From: Eledone cirrhosa
Taxonomy: Eukaryota
Assembly (NCBI GenBank): GCA_964016885.1
Contig: OZ024741.1
Coordinates: 99,758,001-99,822,000 of the forward strand
Reading direction: 5' to 3'
DNA length: 64,000 nucleotides
This document shows, piece after piece, positions 40,852-55,466 of the stretch (the first letter of the stretch is position 1; the number at the start of each line of letters is the position of its first letter). The position numbers and the translations under genes are program-made. Under the pieces are notes generated by a model, which had not been told where the DNA came from, searched no databases, and was given only the letters and a program-made list of their open reading frames with translations.

Positions 40852-40935
40852 GTCCGCGACGCCAAGCGGTTCCGCCTGCCTGGACACGTAAGCCGAAATC
40901 GCCTGGTGTCCCAGTCGCGTTCAAACCCCTCTCTA
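40852..40935 (+). pseudogene. tRNA-like (Leu/Ser-type) degenerate sequence or SINE head
   Basis: A-box-like GACGCCAAGCGGTT and B-box GTTCAAACCCC with long-variable-arm spacing; no clean cloverleaf. Confidence 0.3.
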
Positions 40936-42057
40936 TACACATCCTACTTCTTTCCATGGGTTCAGTACTCACATTATTTGTGATCTCCTCGATCTCAGCT
41001 CCGCAGAATCGCTCACTCTATACATACACACACACACACGCACTCACAACCACTCACACACACACTCATACACGCATGCACACATACACGCACATACAGA
41101 CACACACAGAGATATATAAACAATTATAACGATGTAAACATCAACTTCTATCATTTAATTAAAAATTTGTTTCCTTAGACAATTTAGAAAAAAGTTGTAC
41201 ATCCAATTATTTGAAAAGTTAGGAAACATTTCGCATAATATGTGTCTATATATAGGCGTATATCTATAGTAATAATTGTACACTCCTTCTCTTCTTATGG
41301 GTGATAACAGTTTCAAAATAATTGGGAATGTTAGTGAGATATCAATTTTACATTAGGGAGGAATAATGAACCAGCGACAGTTTAAATATTAAACATTTAA
41401 GTGTCTTCTACGTGGATCCAGTGATGATATTTTTCTAACTGTAAAGGCATAATAAATAAATAAATTTTTTATTCATAAACAAAAGAAACAGAGGGAGATA
41501 ATTCATGGAATTATCCCTCTGCATTTTTTTATGCTTGCTTTAAGTAAACCAATTTAAAATTAATAGTATTTATCACCTAATAAAAACATGTATATAAGAG
41601 GACACTTTCACATACACACACAAATTCACATACTCATATAGACAAGTAGACGTCCCTGTATGTGTGATGTGTGTAGAAACACATCTATGTACGTAGACTT
41701 ACAAGCATATATGGGTGCATATTTTAATACACAAACACCTATATACCCATATATGCACACAGGTGCACATAGACTGCACAATTATATATATCTCTATATA
41801 TCTCTACATAAAGATGTACATACAGGTATATACCCACTCTCAGTTGGACACCTAAACAAACTTTCGAGTATATATTAATCAATGCCTCCATATATTCATC
41901 CCCCAAGAAATAGATATCACTATAGGTAGACCCACTTAGAAACTACAAGATGTTTACTGTGTTAACCGTATTAGGGATTATTGTGGGAACATCAGTTCAG
42001 AATTGTCAAGTAATATCTATATCTACGTGCATCTACGTGCATCTGAATTAGTCATAG

Positions 42058-42230
42058 GGAGGAATAAATTAAATCTAGACCCAGTGTGTTACTGGTAATT
42101 AATTTTATCCGGCCGGTAAAATTAAAAGGTAACGCTAGCCTCATCGGATTTGAATTCAGAACGTAAATGACGTAACTACATACCGCAAAACATGTTGGAT
42201 GACGCGCTGCCGATGCCTCAAATCCACCGC
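42058..42230 (-). mobile_element. Diverged tRNA-derived SINE
   Basis: Reverse complement begins GGCGGTGGATTTGAGGCATCGG and contains TTCTGAATTCAAATCCGATGAGG plus a decayed core. Confidence 0.65.
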
Positions 42231-43944
42231 CATTAGTCCTACCCCAGGAAATATAATGGGAAATAAGAGATGAAGTAGTAAGATAGAGTTAAAAGAGGAA
42301 AGAGCAGAAATCATTTTAGAAAAATCACATGCACACACGCACACACTCACTCATACACACACATATTCACGCACAGACATATTCTCACACACACACGTGC
42401 GCGCGTGCACACACACACACACATATATTATATATATCTCTCTCTATATATATAAATTAAGACTTGATATAGTTAGAAACGAGGGTTCACGTTTTGGACG
42501 TTAGCCCATCATCGAAAGTTAGAGAGGCCAAGAAAAACGATGTTTGTGATAGAGAAGAAGAAAATGATATACAAACACACACATGCATATATATATATAT
42601 ATATATATGTGTTTGTGTGTATGTGTTTGTGTATGTGCTTGTACGTTTGTATATGCATGCATATGTGCCCGAACTCTTTTGTGTTTCCGTGTATCAAAAT
42701 TTAATCAGTTAGATACGTAGTGAATGTATGCAGGAGCAAAAACCTACAAAATTATAAAACGAAATTAAACAAAACATATAAATAAAACATATCGAATTGA
42801 TTCGGAAAGAAACACCAAAAATATATTACATCAGATTTCCTAAATCTTGCCATAATTTAAATTGTTCCTAGCAAGTTGGGAATGTCGGATATTCTTTAGC
42901 ATCCGTCATGTCTATAGTTTGCTTGCCATCTCTTCAGACTAAAAGATAAAAAGAATGAAAAAGTAAAAACTTGCGATATTTTCAAAAACGATTCTAACAA
43001 AATTGATGCTTCAGATTTAAAACAATGTTTGGTTGTTGTGTTGCAGTGTGTTTGTAACTTTACCAATAACAAAATGACATTCAATATTATTTCACACTTT
43101 TTTTTCTCAATTTTGTGGTCACTGAGGTTGTGTGTATTAATAACTTTAGTAAGAGAGTAATTCACACATGTCAATTGAAAATCTTGTAATTCTTTGGTGT
43201 CAAATTTGTTCAGTATCAATTTGACACAACTGTTTTTGCGTTCGTCAATTCGATATGAAACTTTAGAAGATTTCTGCAAGTTTTTCAATTAGATTCATAT
43301 AATGAAAACTGCAAATTTCTCCATGAAGTAAATGAATATTTCGATGAATGGAATAAGAGCGGAGTGGATTATATAAGTGTATATCGAGTTTTCGAAGAAA
43401 TACTTTAATAAACATGTTTCTAAAAATCTTTACTTAATGTTACATTTCGATGCAATATAGTGTGATACAATATTTGTGTGAATATCAATACACACTCATA
43501 CCAACACACATACACCAACACGCACACACACAAAAACGCCCCCTCCACACACTCAAAGGAATCAGTTCCATCTGTAGGCTAACAGGGTCACAGATGTCTC
43601 ATGGACCACTTTGAAATGGTAAAGAAGCATAATATACAATTTCAAGAGATTGTTATTCTGTTGGAATCGCTAACACTGGAAGAAACCCGAAGTCATTGTT
43701 TTTCACCGTGTCCATCACATTTAATATATCGGAACATACAAAGGCAGACCTGTTCCAAAAAGATTTATGAATTATACGAGAATTGAATATATTTCTGAAA
43801 TGTAAAATTTGATCAAAGGAAAGCACAGTGAATATTTGCCTGATTTCAGTAGTTTAATTTCGATTTCTACGATCGATAACAATAGGTAGATTTACCTTAG
43901 AGAATTATTAATATTATTATCATTATCATTAATAGTACTATTGG

Positions 43945-44097
43945 TAGTTATAGCAGTAGCGGTAACATCATCATCAGTAGTAGTAGCAGCAGCAGCGGGA
44001 GCGGTGGTAATACTAGTAGTAGTAGTAGTAGGGGTGGTTGTAGTAGTAGGATTAGTAGTAGTAATAGTAGTAGTAGTAGCAGCAGCAGCAGCAGCAC
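43945..44097. repeat. (TAG)n/(CAG)n compound microsatellite
   Basis: Directly visible; it explains the poly-V/A and poly-L ORFs. Confidence 0.9.
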
Positions 44098-44725
44098 CGG
44101 CTTTGGTAAAAACAAGATTGCAACGTTATGCATGGTTTAGTAAGTATGCGAACTTGTTACAGAGATGGGGAGGGGTACTTTTTGCCCATTTTGCTTCTTA
44201 TCCTTACGAAATAAGATGAAATACTACCCAGTCTAAGAGTCATAGAAAACATTTCATCACCCCTTCTGTATCTCTAGTGTGATTGCCATTACGATTCTCC
44301 GTCACTATTATTCGATTTCTTGCTGAGAATTGGTTCCTCTCTAATGGATATTATATTCTTTTCATCTTCCTTTGAAACATGTTACAATATATTCTGGTTA
44401 TCGATATTAATGTCTAGATTCAAGCAATGAATCGTTCCTTCGTTGAATGAACGATTCAGAATGCAAAGAATTCAAGATAAGAATAAATTTCTAATCTCTC
44501 ACCTAAGCCATTTTTCTTCATTACTTAAAATTTCTACTGCAAATCCTACCAATGGAATGGTATAGCTTTATAGATAACGTTCTGTTTCTCCTTTTTGTTT
44601 CGGGATTTTCAGCATTTTCCTCTCTTCCAGTAATTTATGGTTATATGTACATATGCATGTGTTTATATATACGTACGTATGTACTTATGTATGTATGTAT
44701 GTATGTATGTATGTATGTATGTATG

Positions 44726-44756
<31 letters not shown>

Positions 44757-45104
44757 GGATGAATGTATTTAGTTATGCATATTTGTGAGTGTGTGTATAT
44801 ATATGTATATGGGAAATAAGTTATAGCTATAAGCTTATTGTAGACAGCTTCCACTTATTACATTGAAGGGTGGATGGACATTCACAAAAAGGATAAGGTA
44901 ACTTGCAAATGTGGTTGTGCTCGACGGAGTCAGTTTGTACTAATATGTAGTAGTAACAGCTGTGATTCCAAGTTAAATAAATCAATCCAATATGGGTATA
45001 CCATATTTAAATACGCATACAGGTTAGTAGAACAACAAGGTACATATGCTGATATTCCATGAATATACAGTATATATAATATAGTATATAGTATATATAT
45101 ATAC

Positions 45105-45152
<48 letters not shown>

Positions 45153-45400
45153 GAAAGGTATAGAAAACATTGTAGCAAAAAGCCAACAGTATTCCTTAAT
45201 ATATAAGTGACTACAGCGTCAACATGGGAAAAATAGTTAACGTAAGATGTGGGAAAAATAATATATATATATATAGTAATAGTAGTAAATTTGAAGACTA
45301 AAATCCAAAGAGGGCTCGTTAAGGATAAACATATATCAAATATATAAGAACCGTAGAGCGAATATTTATTAAAATAGCAGTTATTATAATAAATAAATAA

Positions 45401-45489
<89 letters not shown>

Positions 45490-45493
<4 letters not shown>

Positions 45494-46050
45494 TTTATTT
45501 TCTTTTGGACGTTTTGGAAGCCTCAACAATGCAGATGCGTAATTCTCCGGGTAACATGATCCGGTGGGAAAGAGAGAGATGTAAGGGAATGTAGAATGAG
45601 ATGTATAGTGTGTAGAGGAACGTAGGAAAGAGAGTAAAAAATAAAAATAATAACACGAGATAGAGTTACCTTGGGAGAGATTTAATTGTCCCTATATTTC
45701 GGATTCGCATCCATCAACGGTACGTGTCCTCTGCTGTTCGCTGTCCGTGAGTCGCTGAGGTATTCACCAGAGCGCGCGTGCGGGCGGAATAAGTGCGGTG
45801 AAGCAAATGTCGACGGTCGAAGCACTTCTTTTAATTGTGGGAGTGGGATGTCGTTAGCTGTCAATCCATTGTACTATTTATCTGTGCTGGTTTTTGGTAG
45901 TAGCAGTGTAGTATATTCGTATGGTAGTAGTAGTCTGCCTGGTCGGTGGATGGTGGCGGTGCTACACACACAATCGTTCGGAAATAGCAGTCGGAAATAG
46001 CCGTCGGAACGGCTTGAGCTCTGCTGTCGGGGTTAAACATTTTCCTATGT
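45490..46050. mobile_element. Unclassified ~560-bp TA-flanked, CpG-rich element
   Basis: Bounded by (TA)n. Right end AAATAGCCGTCGGAACGGCTTGAGCTCTGCTGTCGGGG is shared with 9488-9527; left end is shared with 34518-34628. Confidence 0.6.
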
Positions 46051-46188
46051 AAATATATATATATATAAGGAAAAAAGATGAAATCGAAAATGCAACTGGA
46101 GTCTTTTTAAAATTATTTATTTGGTTCCTTTCCAGGTTTCACAGTTCTTGTGTGTGCTTTTCAAAATTGGAATTGAGATGGAAGGCTT

Positions 46189-46246
<58 letters not shown>

Positions 46247-46252
<6 letters not shown>

Positions 46253-46294
46253 AAAGAATAGAGGTGTAACACACAAGTTATTATATTCCGTTTA

Positions 46295-46300
<6 letters not shown>
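46247..46300 (-). mobile_element. 54-bp fragment of the 54-58 kb Neptune family (inverted end + tail)
   Basis: 46247-46285 is the reverse complement of the 58271-58310 tail; 46285-46300 matches 58256-58271 directly; TA-flanked. Confidence 0.75.
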
Positions 46301-46325
<25 letters not shown>

Positions 46326-46719
46326 TCTTACAATTTGGGAGCCTCATGTTGCCAATGAAACCATCATCAACAGATGGGTTTCACTTTCGTTTCTTTATTA
46401 AACAGGTACCTGAGCAATTCCGTGATCACCAATTGTATTAATCTCACTGAAAAATTCTACTCCTCTGTCACTTCTCATCGTCTTGGTTTCATTTATCCAT
46501 CTTGACTTTCTGTTTTATGTGAGTGTGATGTATATATGTTCCCATTATAGCACGTCTGATCGCCTAAGTAACTTCCTACACAACTTACAACTTCCGTGTT
46601 CGGACACATTACACCTGTCATGTGGATCATGTGATAATTTCAATTTACCTGTGGTGTTGTTGTAGTTTCCTTTTACTTATATTTTTTTTAGCTTTGATAT
46701 ACGGGGAAAACTCTACTTG

Positions 46720-47200
46720 CAACTTACTGAAGCTTCTACTCAAATCCATTCGGAGCGCCAATCGAGACGATCTAGATAATATCAGTCATAGACAAAATAA
46801 GGTAAACAAACATCTACATTGTTTCGTTTGATGTTGTCAACCTATAACAACATTCCACGTAACTAGAGAATCGAGTCTATTAAATAATGACGAGTCTCAT
46901 TCACAATGATCTAGCCGGTGGATTTAATAGAAACTTCAGTTTATCTTAAAAAACAACTTTCATTACATGTTCGACGAAAAAATGTACCCACAAAGATCAG
47001 GAGCAGCCAAGATGACAAACGTTGCACAAACATCTATCAATCTATTCAAGGGAATTAAATATCTACAAACAATTCTCACAAATGTATGGATATGAATTCC
47101 GTTGTTATATGAATGAAAATATAGATTTGCAAAGGAATAATCCTGCCACATTTCCATGTTTCCATGTTAACAATGCAACTATTTGGCATCGGGGCAACAA
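46720..47200 (+). pseudogene. Decayed Neptune-type PLE reverse transcriptase
   Basis: LKLLLKSIRSANRDDLDN, VSFDVVNL.NIP and MFDEKMYPQRSGAAKMTNVAQTSINLFKG are colinear with LKPFLKHIKSYIRDDLDM, VTFDVVNLYSNIP and VFNNKPYRQKSGTAMGTKTAPTYANLIMG of the 55.5-57.1 kb ORF. Confidence 0.75.
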
Positions 47201-48885
47201 CGGAAATAATGTATAACTAAATGCACAATCTAGCTCAACTTGGTGTACATTCCATTCATAGTCAAACCAGAGTTGCCTCTTTCATGACATGAGGTATATT
47301 CTTGTGATAAGCGACAAAAATAGATACAACCGATTGTGTGCATTGTTTTAGAAAATATGTAAGTGACAGACTAGCATATGGGAGATATATTTCAACATGG
47401 CATGTGAAAAATATATACCATGTTTGAGTTTACCATAAACACTTCGGCACGTAACGTAAATTCCTTCCTAAGACTTGTAAATAAATGTCAATGCGTGACA
47501 AGTATCTGACAACCCCAACAACTAGTATCAACCAACTGCATGTCTTTGTAGTTATGATATATCAACTAGATATCTTTGTGAATTACATTTATTGGAAGAA
47601 ATCATGACTTTAGTAATTTAAAGCGGCTTGACTAGAACGAACCTAGAGTGAAACAATAACTTCTAATTCAATGAGGACAAGTAGGGAATCCTTTTTCTTT
47701 AAACGAATTGCTGCGTCTGGAAAAAAAAAAACCGCGCTTGTCCCGTCCCCGTCTATTAACGGTGCCTGGAGGGAAAAATTGAAAACAGAATTCCATCGTC
47801 GAGCGATGAGTCCGGACGAGAGAAGCGCTGTTTCAGGAACCCGCCCAGCGCCTTGTGGCGGTGAGTGTGACGACGCTCTGCGATCTGCGATGCTTAAATT
47901 ATTATTTTAACTTGCTTATAAGTCGAAGGCACTCATTAGTAATTCAATATGTGGTACCTAATATGACTACATATTAGATTTATTTTGAAAATTTAAAGAA
48001 ATTCATACGGACAACAAATATTTAAATAACATCCATATTTTCATTATTAAAGGAAGGAAAGTGGGATTACATTATGTCTTAGCAAATGATTATAACGTAA
48101 ATGAAACGAAAGCGTTCTAAACATTAATTGAGGAATTGATTAATAATAAAATCTTGTTTAATATAAACGCAATAAAAATTATAAATAACAGAACACAGGT
48201 CTTGATTATTCTCTAGCATACTACGCATAAGGATTGTTGTTCTATTTATCTATTGCATCTACCAATTAATTTCCGTTATTAACCTCTCACTTCACAAATA
48301 AATGGAATTGACTTACATACACATTGTATATTAAATAATTGCTTCATTAACATAAAATAAGAAAGGACGTGTATTTCGCTGTATACAATGTAATGTTTGT
48401 TGTTCGCCAGGGAGAAAAGAAAAAAATTAACTGAATATTGTTTTCGTTCCTTTCCATAAATATAACTGTAATTTATCGATGTGTTTGTTTGAAATGAAAA
48501 TAAATGTAACTGAATGACATAGAAGCTATTTCAATGTACTTACATTATTTTTTCATAAAATCATAAAAATCGATTCTCTATTTTATCTCTTGGGAACCAT
48601 TGTTTTTCACATTGATGTTCTCATTGCAGTTACGTAAACAGAGCGTGAGTATTGATCAATTTGTTCACACGGCCAGACTGCAATATTTAGGGGTATTACT
48701 TTAAAAATCAATTCTGTATAACCTGTATCAGGTAATATATTTCCAGTCCATTTGATGCTACCGCCTTTTATATTAAAAGGCATACGATTTTGTATTATGA
48801 TACACTTTGCATTGTGTCTAGCAATACAGGTGTAACATGTCACCATTGATCATGACTGAAAGAGCAAAGAGGAGAGAAATTAAGT

Positions 48886-48887
<2 letters not shown>

Positions 48888-48972
<85 letters not shown>
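48888..48972. repeat. (AG)n microsatellite, one of many (TA)n, (CA)n, (AG)n and (ATGT)n tracts in the window
   Basis: Directly visible. Confidence 0.95.
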
Positions 48973-48977
<5 letters not shown>

Positions 48978-50189
48978 GAGAAAGAGAAAAGCAGATATAT
49001 GAATAGAAATAGAATTATGTTATGAGGTCTTTTTTTAAAATTTAAATAACTATGAAATTACTTTTGTGAATGATGCGCCGTGGATTAGTGATATTCTCTA
49101 AGTGGAATATCATTTTGACTCCAAAGTAAACGTTTTTTCTCCAGTCATAAATATGACGGCATTGAAATGGGACCAATCTTTGTTTCTCGTGCCTAATTAA
49201 TAACCCAGAAAGACAGGAGCTTTTTTTTTGCTAAGTTGATGACAAAGCATTGAATCCCATGGGAAACTAAACCATTTCTCTTAAATTATTGAGTTATTCA
49301 TAAACATAGATATGAATCAGATTTTCTCTCATTCCTCTCGTCTAAACTCTCTGGAGTTTTACGGTTATCTATCTATTTAAATGTACTTATTAACGTATCA
49401 GAGGCTTTCAATCGCTCTGTAAATAAAAAGTCGGCCTAGATTTTTACTGTGTTATAGTTTCGAAAGCGTCAATAGGTCTGATTTTGTAATCTCTTTTATA
49501 TCTCTTCGAAATATTATGTGGAGAAATTTGTGATTCTATTCAACCCATTGCCATATTTTGAAGGAAAGTTATAAAATATAACACTAGCGGGCCACTAGTT
49601 GAGAGCTATTTTTCTAATGTGGCATCCAGCAGAAATGAAAATTATTACTACATTTTATAACATCTTTGTTTTTCAGGGACATACTAGAAGAAATATCATT
49701 GAATATGCTCTTATAGGAAACAAAATAAAATGATCGATGCTAAAACCCATAATGCAGTGAGCCAAGACAATTTGATGAATTAAAATTACACTAATAGATA
49801 TATCCTGATTCATATTTATTAAATTATGGAATATTCTCCCACAGTATTTATTACTGGAATTTAAAACAAAAATGAATGTAGACAATACAATGGCGAGTCA
49901 ATTTTATTTGACTTATATGGCATATCCTATTGAGAAATCATGAACGAAAGGAAACTCAAACTAACATCAGTATAATTAGGACTAATATAACTAAACTTAA
50001 TTTCGGTATTGAATCGAATGATACATTGTGGAGGTAGCATGTTCACCTGTCTGATGAAGATATTATACGCTATTTATGAATCTAAAGAATCAATGTAAGT
50101 TGTATATTCTCACAAAACCGCGAATAAACTAACGTAGAAACCACTGCGCACTCGCAAACTTGCTGAAATGAAAAGCTAACATTAATTAT

Positions 50190-50318
50190 GTCCCTTTACG
50201 GTCTGAGTTCAAATCACACCGAGGTTAACTTTGCCTTTTATCCTTACGGGGTCAATAAAATAACGTACCAGTAATGCATTGGATAATTGCTGGCCTTGTG
50301 CCTAAATCAGAGACCATT
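50190..50318 (+). mobile_element. 5'-truncated tRNA-derived SINE
   Basis: GGTCTGAGTTCAAATCACACCGAGGTTAACTTTGCCTTTTATCCTTACGGGGTCAATAAAA core. Confidence 0.8.
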
Positions 50319-50879
50319 AATTTAAAAAATACTCTACCTACATAAATCAGGAATGGCACTGTGAATAATATATATATATATATATATATATCATAATCTA
50401 TAAAGCTCAGTGTGTGGTCATGCTGCTTTCTTATAGAAATCTACGATATAGAATTTCTTCAATTGAAATTTACAATTCAGTATTCGAAATAGCTTCGATT
50501 GCGTCTTGGCACAGATAATCTTTTCAATTTCACCCACAATTACGCACAAAATAGATAAAACTCAATTATTTTACGATTTTTCTCTGTCATTTAAACTGCT
50601 AAACTCTTTCCACTACCATTCAAAATCTATACAACTTCATACTTTCTGCTACTTTCTCTTTCCAAGCTTGATGGTGATACTGTCCGTTTTACTCTCTCAT
50701 ATCATCTGCTTCTTATGACATTTCATACGAAACTACAATTATTCAAAAGCAACAGATACATTTATTCAACAAGAAGCGATAAATCTTTTTTAAAACCTCT
50801 TTTCCAAACGCATACAAACACACACTCACTTCAACAACAACAACAACAATCTGCCTTTTATAGATAATGATAAACAATA

Positions 50880-51066
50880 ATATCCTCTATGAGGTCACTA
50901 AACCTGCTAGAAACAGTAGCTAACTCTCCCCCATATCACACCACTCCCTACTGTCTTAAATTTAGAAAACACATATCCTCTATGAGGTCACTAAACCTGC
51001 TAGAAACAACAGCTAACTCTCCCTCATATCACAACCATCCCTACTGTCTTAAATTTAGAAAACACA
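50880..51066 (+). repeat. 93-bp tandem duplication of a SINE/LINE 3'-tail-like segment
   Basis: TATCCTCTATGAGGTCACTAAACCTGCTAGAAAC...CCCTACTGTCTTAAATTTAGAAAACAC occurs twice (50881, 50974); a decayed relative lies at about 14263-14318. Confidence 0.8.
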
Positions 51067-51350
51067 GACAACCATGCAGAACAACTCCATCGCAGCTCTG
51101 TTGTTCGGCTGGCATTGTCTACGCGCGTGTTGCGCAAGTACTGTGAAACAATAGATTTCAACACTTCTTTGCACAGAGATAATATTCATAGGCGAAACTA
51201 CAATTGTCACTGCTGGCGCAGTTCCTGCTTCCAGGTCTGCAATTCATTCACCCAGTGCCTGGCAGACAAAAAAGTGCTGCCATAAAATGGGTGGTGCAAC
51301 CTAACTTTGGTAACTTAATGACCTCGAGCAACGCCGGGCTTTAATGCTAG
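51066..51350 (+). mobile_element. Non-autonomous Helitron 3' end; 5' boundary uncertain
   Basis: CTCGAGCAACGCCGGGC imperfect subterminal hairpin, a short spacer, then CTAG|T at 51347-51351: the canonical Helitron 3' signature. Confidence 0.65.
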
Positions 51351-51366
51351 TATATATATATATATA

Positions 51367-51504
<138 letters not shown>

Positions 51505-52510
51505 GCACCATACGAAAGATAGAATAGTTTGACCAGAACGTATTAGTCCACCCGTCAACTTCAGCAAGGCAGATGTGGTGGAAAGTAACCATAAAAGTAT
51601 CAAAACAGGCTCATGCTCGAATACGTCAACATTGAGAAAGAAAATAAAGAAAATTAATATATTACGACAATCACCGAGATTAAATTTCGGTTTAAGTATT
51701 ATCAAGCCTAAGAACAATAGTAATTAATGGACTAGAATTATCTGAATGTTAGACATAGTAGATCATTATATAACTGTACTGTTTTATTATAGATGAAATT
51801 AATTTATGGATATTAACTCTCCCCTCCTTAATGTTTGTGTCGCCTTAATCTGTATGCAACACAGTAATATATTATTAGAATTATTATTATAAGGCCAAAC
51901 ACATTCAGGTCAGGGGCATATTGGAAAGGCAATGATCAGAGAATTTCACACTCACTCGTGTATTTTATAGAAAAATATCAATCCGTATCGAAGTTATGTT
52001 AACACTGGAAGCATTGTTAAATGATGTTACTCATGTGATTAGATTCCTTGGAGTTTCTATAACATTATATGTATATTAACAGCTAGGCTTCGTATTTGGC
52101 ATATTTTGAATGTCATCTCCTCTTATGTATGTCTCTCTTCATACCCGCGTAAATGTATAAAGTGCTTTCTTCTCGTTATATAGAAACTTCTAATACTCCA
52201 ATTCATCGAAGGATCATTATTGAACAAATGTTTCACGGAGTTTGCCTCGGCGACATTCGTTTGGTGGAACCTATTCAAATACTATAATATAATATAATAT
52301 AAATAGGATGTCACAACTCTGCTTCGAAGAATCGAGACGTATCTGAGGATCTTGCGATTTCAGAGTCAGGTTCGATCATCGCATCGATCGTACCTCGAGC
52401 CGGTCGCCAGAGAAACGATTGTAATATGTCTAATACATTTTAATTTGTCACACCACTGATTCTCCGTTTCTTATGTGATATATATATGTTATATATATAT
52501 ATATATATAT

Positions 52511-53915
<1,405 letters not shown>

Positions 53916-54647
53916 GAGAGAGAAATGTACAGTTCTAATTTTATTAACTCCTGTTTGCCACCCACCCAAGCTAGAACCCAGTAATAAGTGTATATAAAAG
54001 GAACACGTGATATCTGTCAACAGTTTAGATGTGGATCACGCATATAAACTCACATATCTGAGTAGATGTTAGGCTTCGATCGCCTTGATCACACGAGAGC
54101 TGATCGATATTAAAACAACAGTAATATGCCATTAAAGTTTCTACATAAGCTGCAAATATATATATATATATATATTGGTAAACGGAATAGAAAATGCTGA
54201 CAAATTGTTCACAGTTGAAAAATGGTTTAATTAGGAATAAAAGAGTATTAGTGATTGTATGGGTTAGTATTCAGTTGTGGTTTTAAGTTTTTAAGTTTTT
54301 ACCGGTTGCGCATTTCTAAATGCTTTTCAAAAATAATTTTGAGATAGAGTGTCCGTGCTGTTTGCTCTGATCTGATTAGTTTTGGGAATTCTACCTGTTT
54401 TTATGTTAAAAAAGTGGCTCCAGCGTTACTTTTGTGTTGCAAAAATGCTTGTGGTCAAAACAATTTTGATTGGTCGGTAGAGGTCATGTGAATGTAAAAA
54501 GTTGATTTTGCGCCAAGACTGTTTTTATGTTAAAAAAGTGGCTCCAGCAAAAATTCTTGGTCAAAACAATTTTGATTGGTCGGTAGAGGTCATGTGGATA
54601 AAAAATTGGTTTTGCGCCAAGATTGAGAAATGACTCTTTCACAACAA

Positions 54648-54741
<94 letters not shown>

Positions 54742-54813
54742 ATGTAGTAGTAGTAAGGTGTTCGATGCTGCGACAATGGCCAGCAGCGATGTGTGTCAAA
54801 TGGCTATTAAGAT

Positions 54814-54868
<55 letters not shown>

Positions 54869-55466
54869 GCAGAGTCATTCGAAGGTCAAAAGATATTTTT
54901 CAGCTTTTGTCTTATACGGAGAAGTGCGTGTGTGTGTGTGTGTGTGTGTGTGTATAAGTCTCTTTGTATGTTGATGTACGCGTGTGTATGTGTTTGTGTA
55001 TATATGTGTGTGTGTGTGGGTGGACCAGTATTTTTTTCCCCCTGGTAAAATGGTGTACATTATTCGATTTTTTTAGTAAAATCGGTTCTCTTAATAGAAC
55101 ATCAAAAATCTTAACAATAAAAGGTGCGAAATGATATTCACTATATATATATACACACATACACATATTCACTACATATATATATATATATATATACATA
55201 TATACATACATATATATGCACATATACTTTTTTGTATTGCACCATAGAGCATGTGTGTTTACGTGTGTCATTGTGTTTATATGTGGGTAGAGATGTGTGC
55301 TGATGTAGGTATGTATGTTGACGTGTGTATGTTGTGGGTTCGTCTTAGGGAGAAGTGTTTAGACGGGGTCCGTATTTGTTAATGAAGTAAGATTCCTTGC
55401 TGATGCGCTGGGTGTGGGTGGCATTATCTTTAAATTTGTAGAGGGGAAAGATTCTGAAGTTGGGAT

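Noticed and set aside
42896-43288. 130-aa minus-strand ORF
   Set aside because: No recognisable homology or clear splice context; could be chance in AT-rich DNA.
47803-47828. GCGATGAGTCCGGACGAGA hammerhead look-alike
   Set aside because: Core lacks CU and GAAA, and stem II has only a 2-nt loop.
49660-49735. Plus-strand acceptor-like TTTGTTTTTCAG followed by short frames
   Set aside because: Frames stop within about 20 codons and there is no partner exon; such motifs are common by chance.
52309-52452. TGT...ACA-bounded segment resembling a tiny solo LTR
   Set aside because: No target-site duplication and no second copy in the window.
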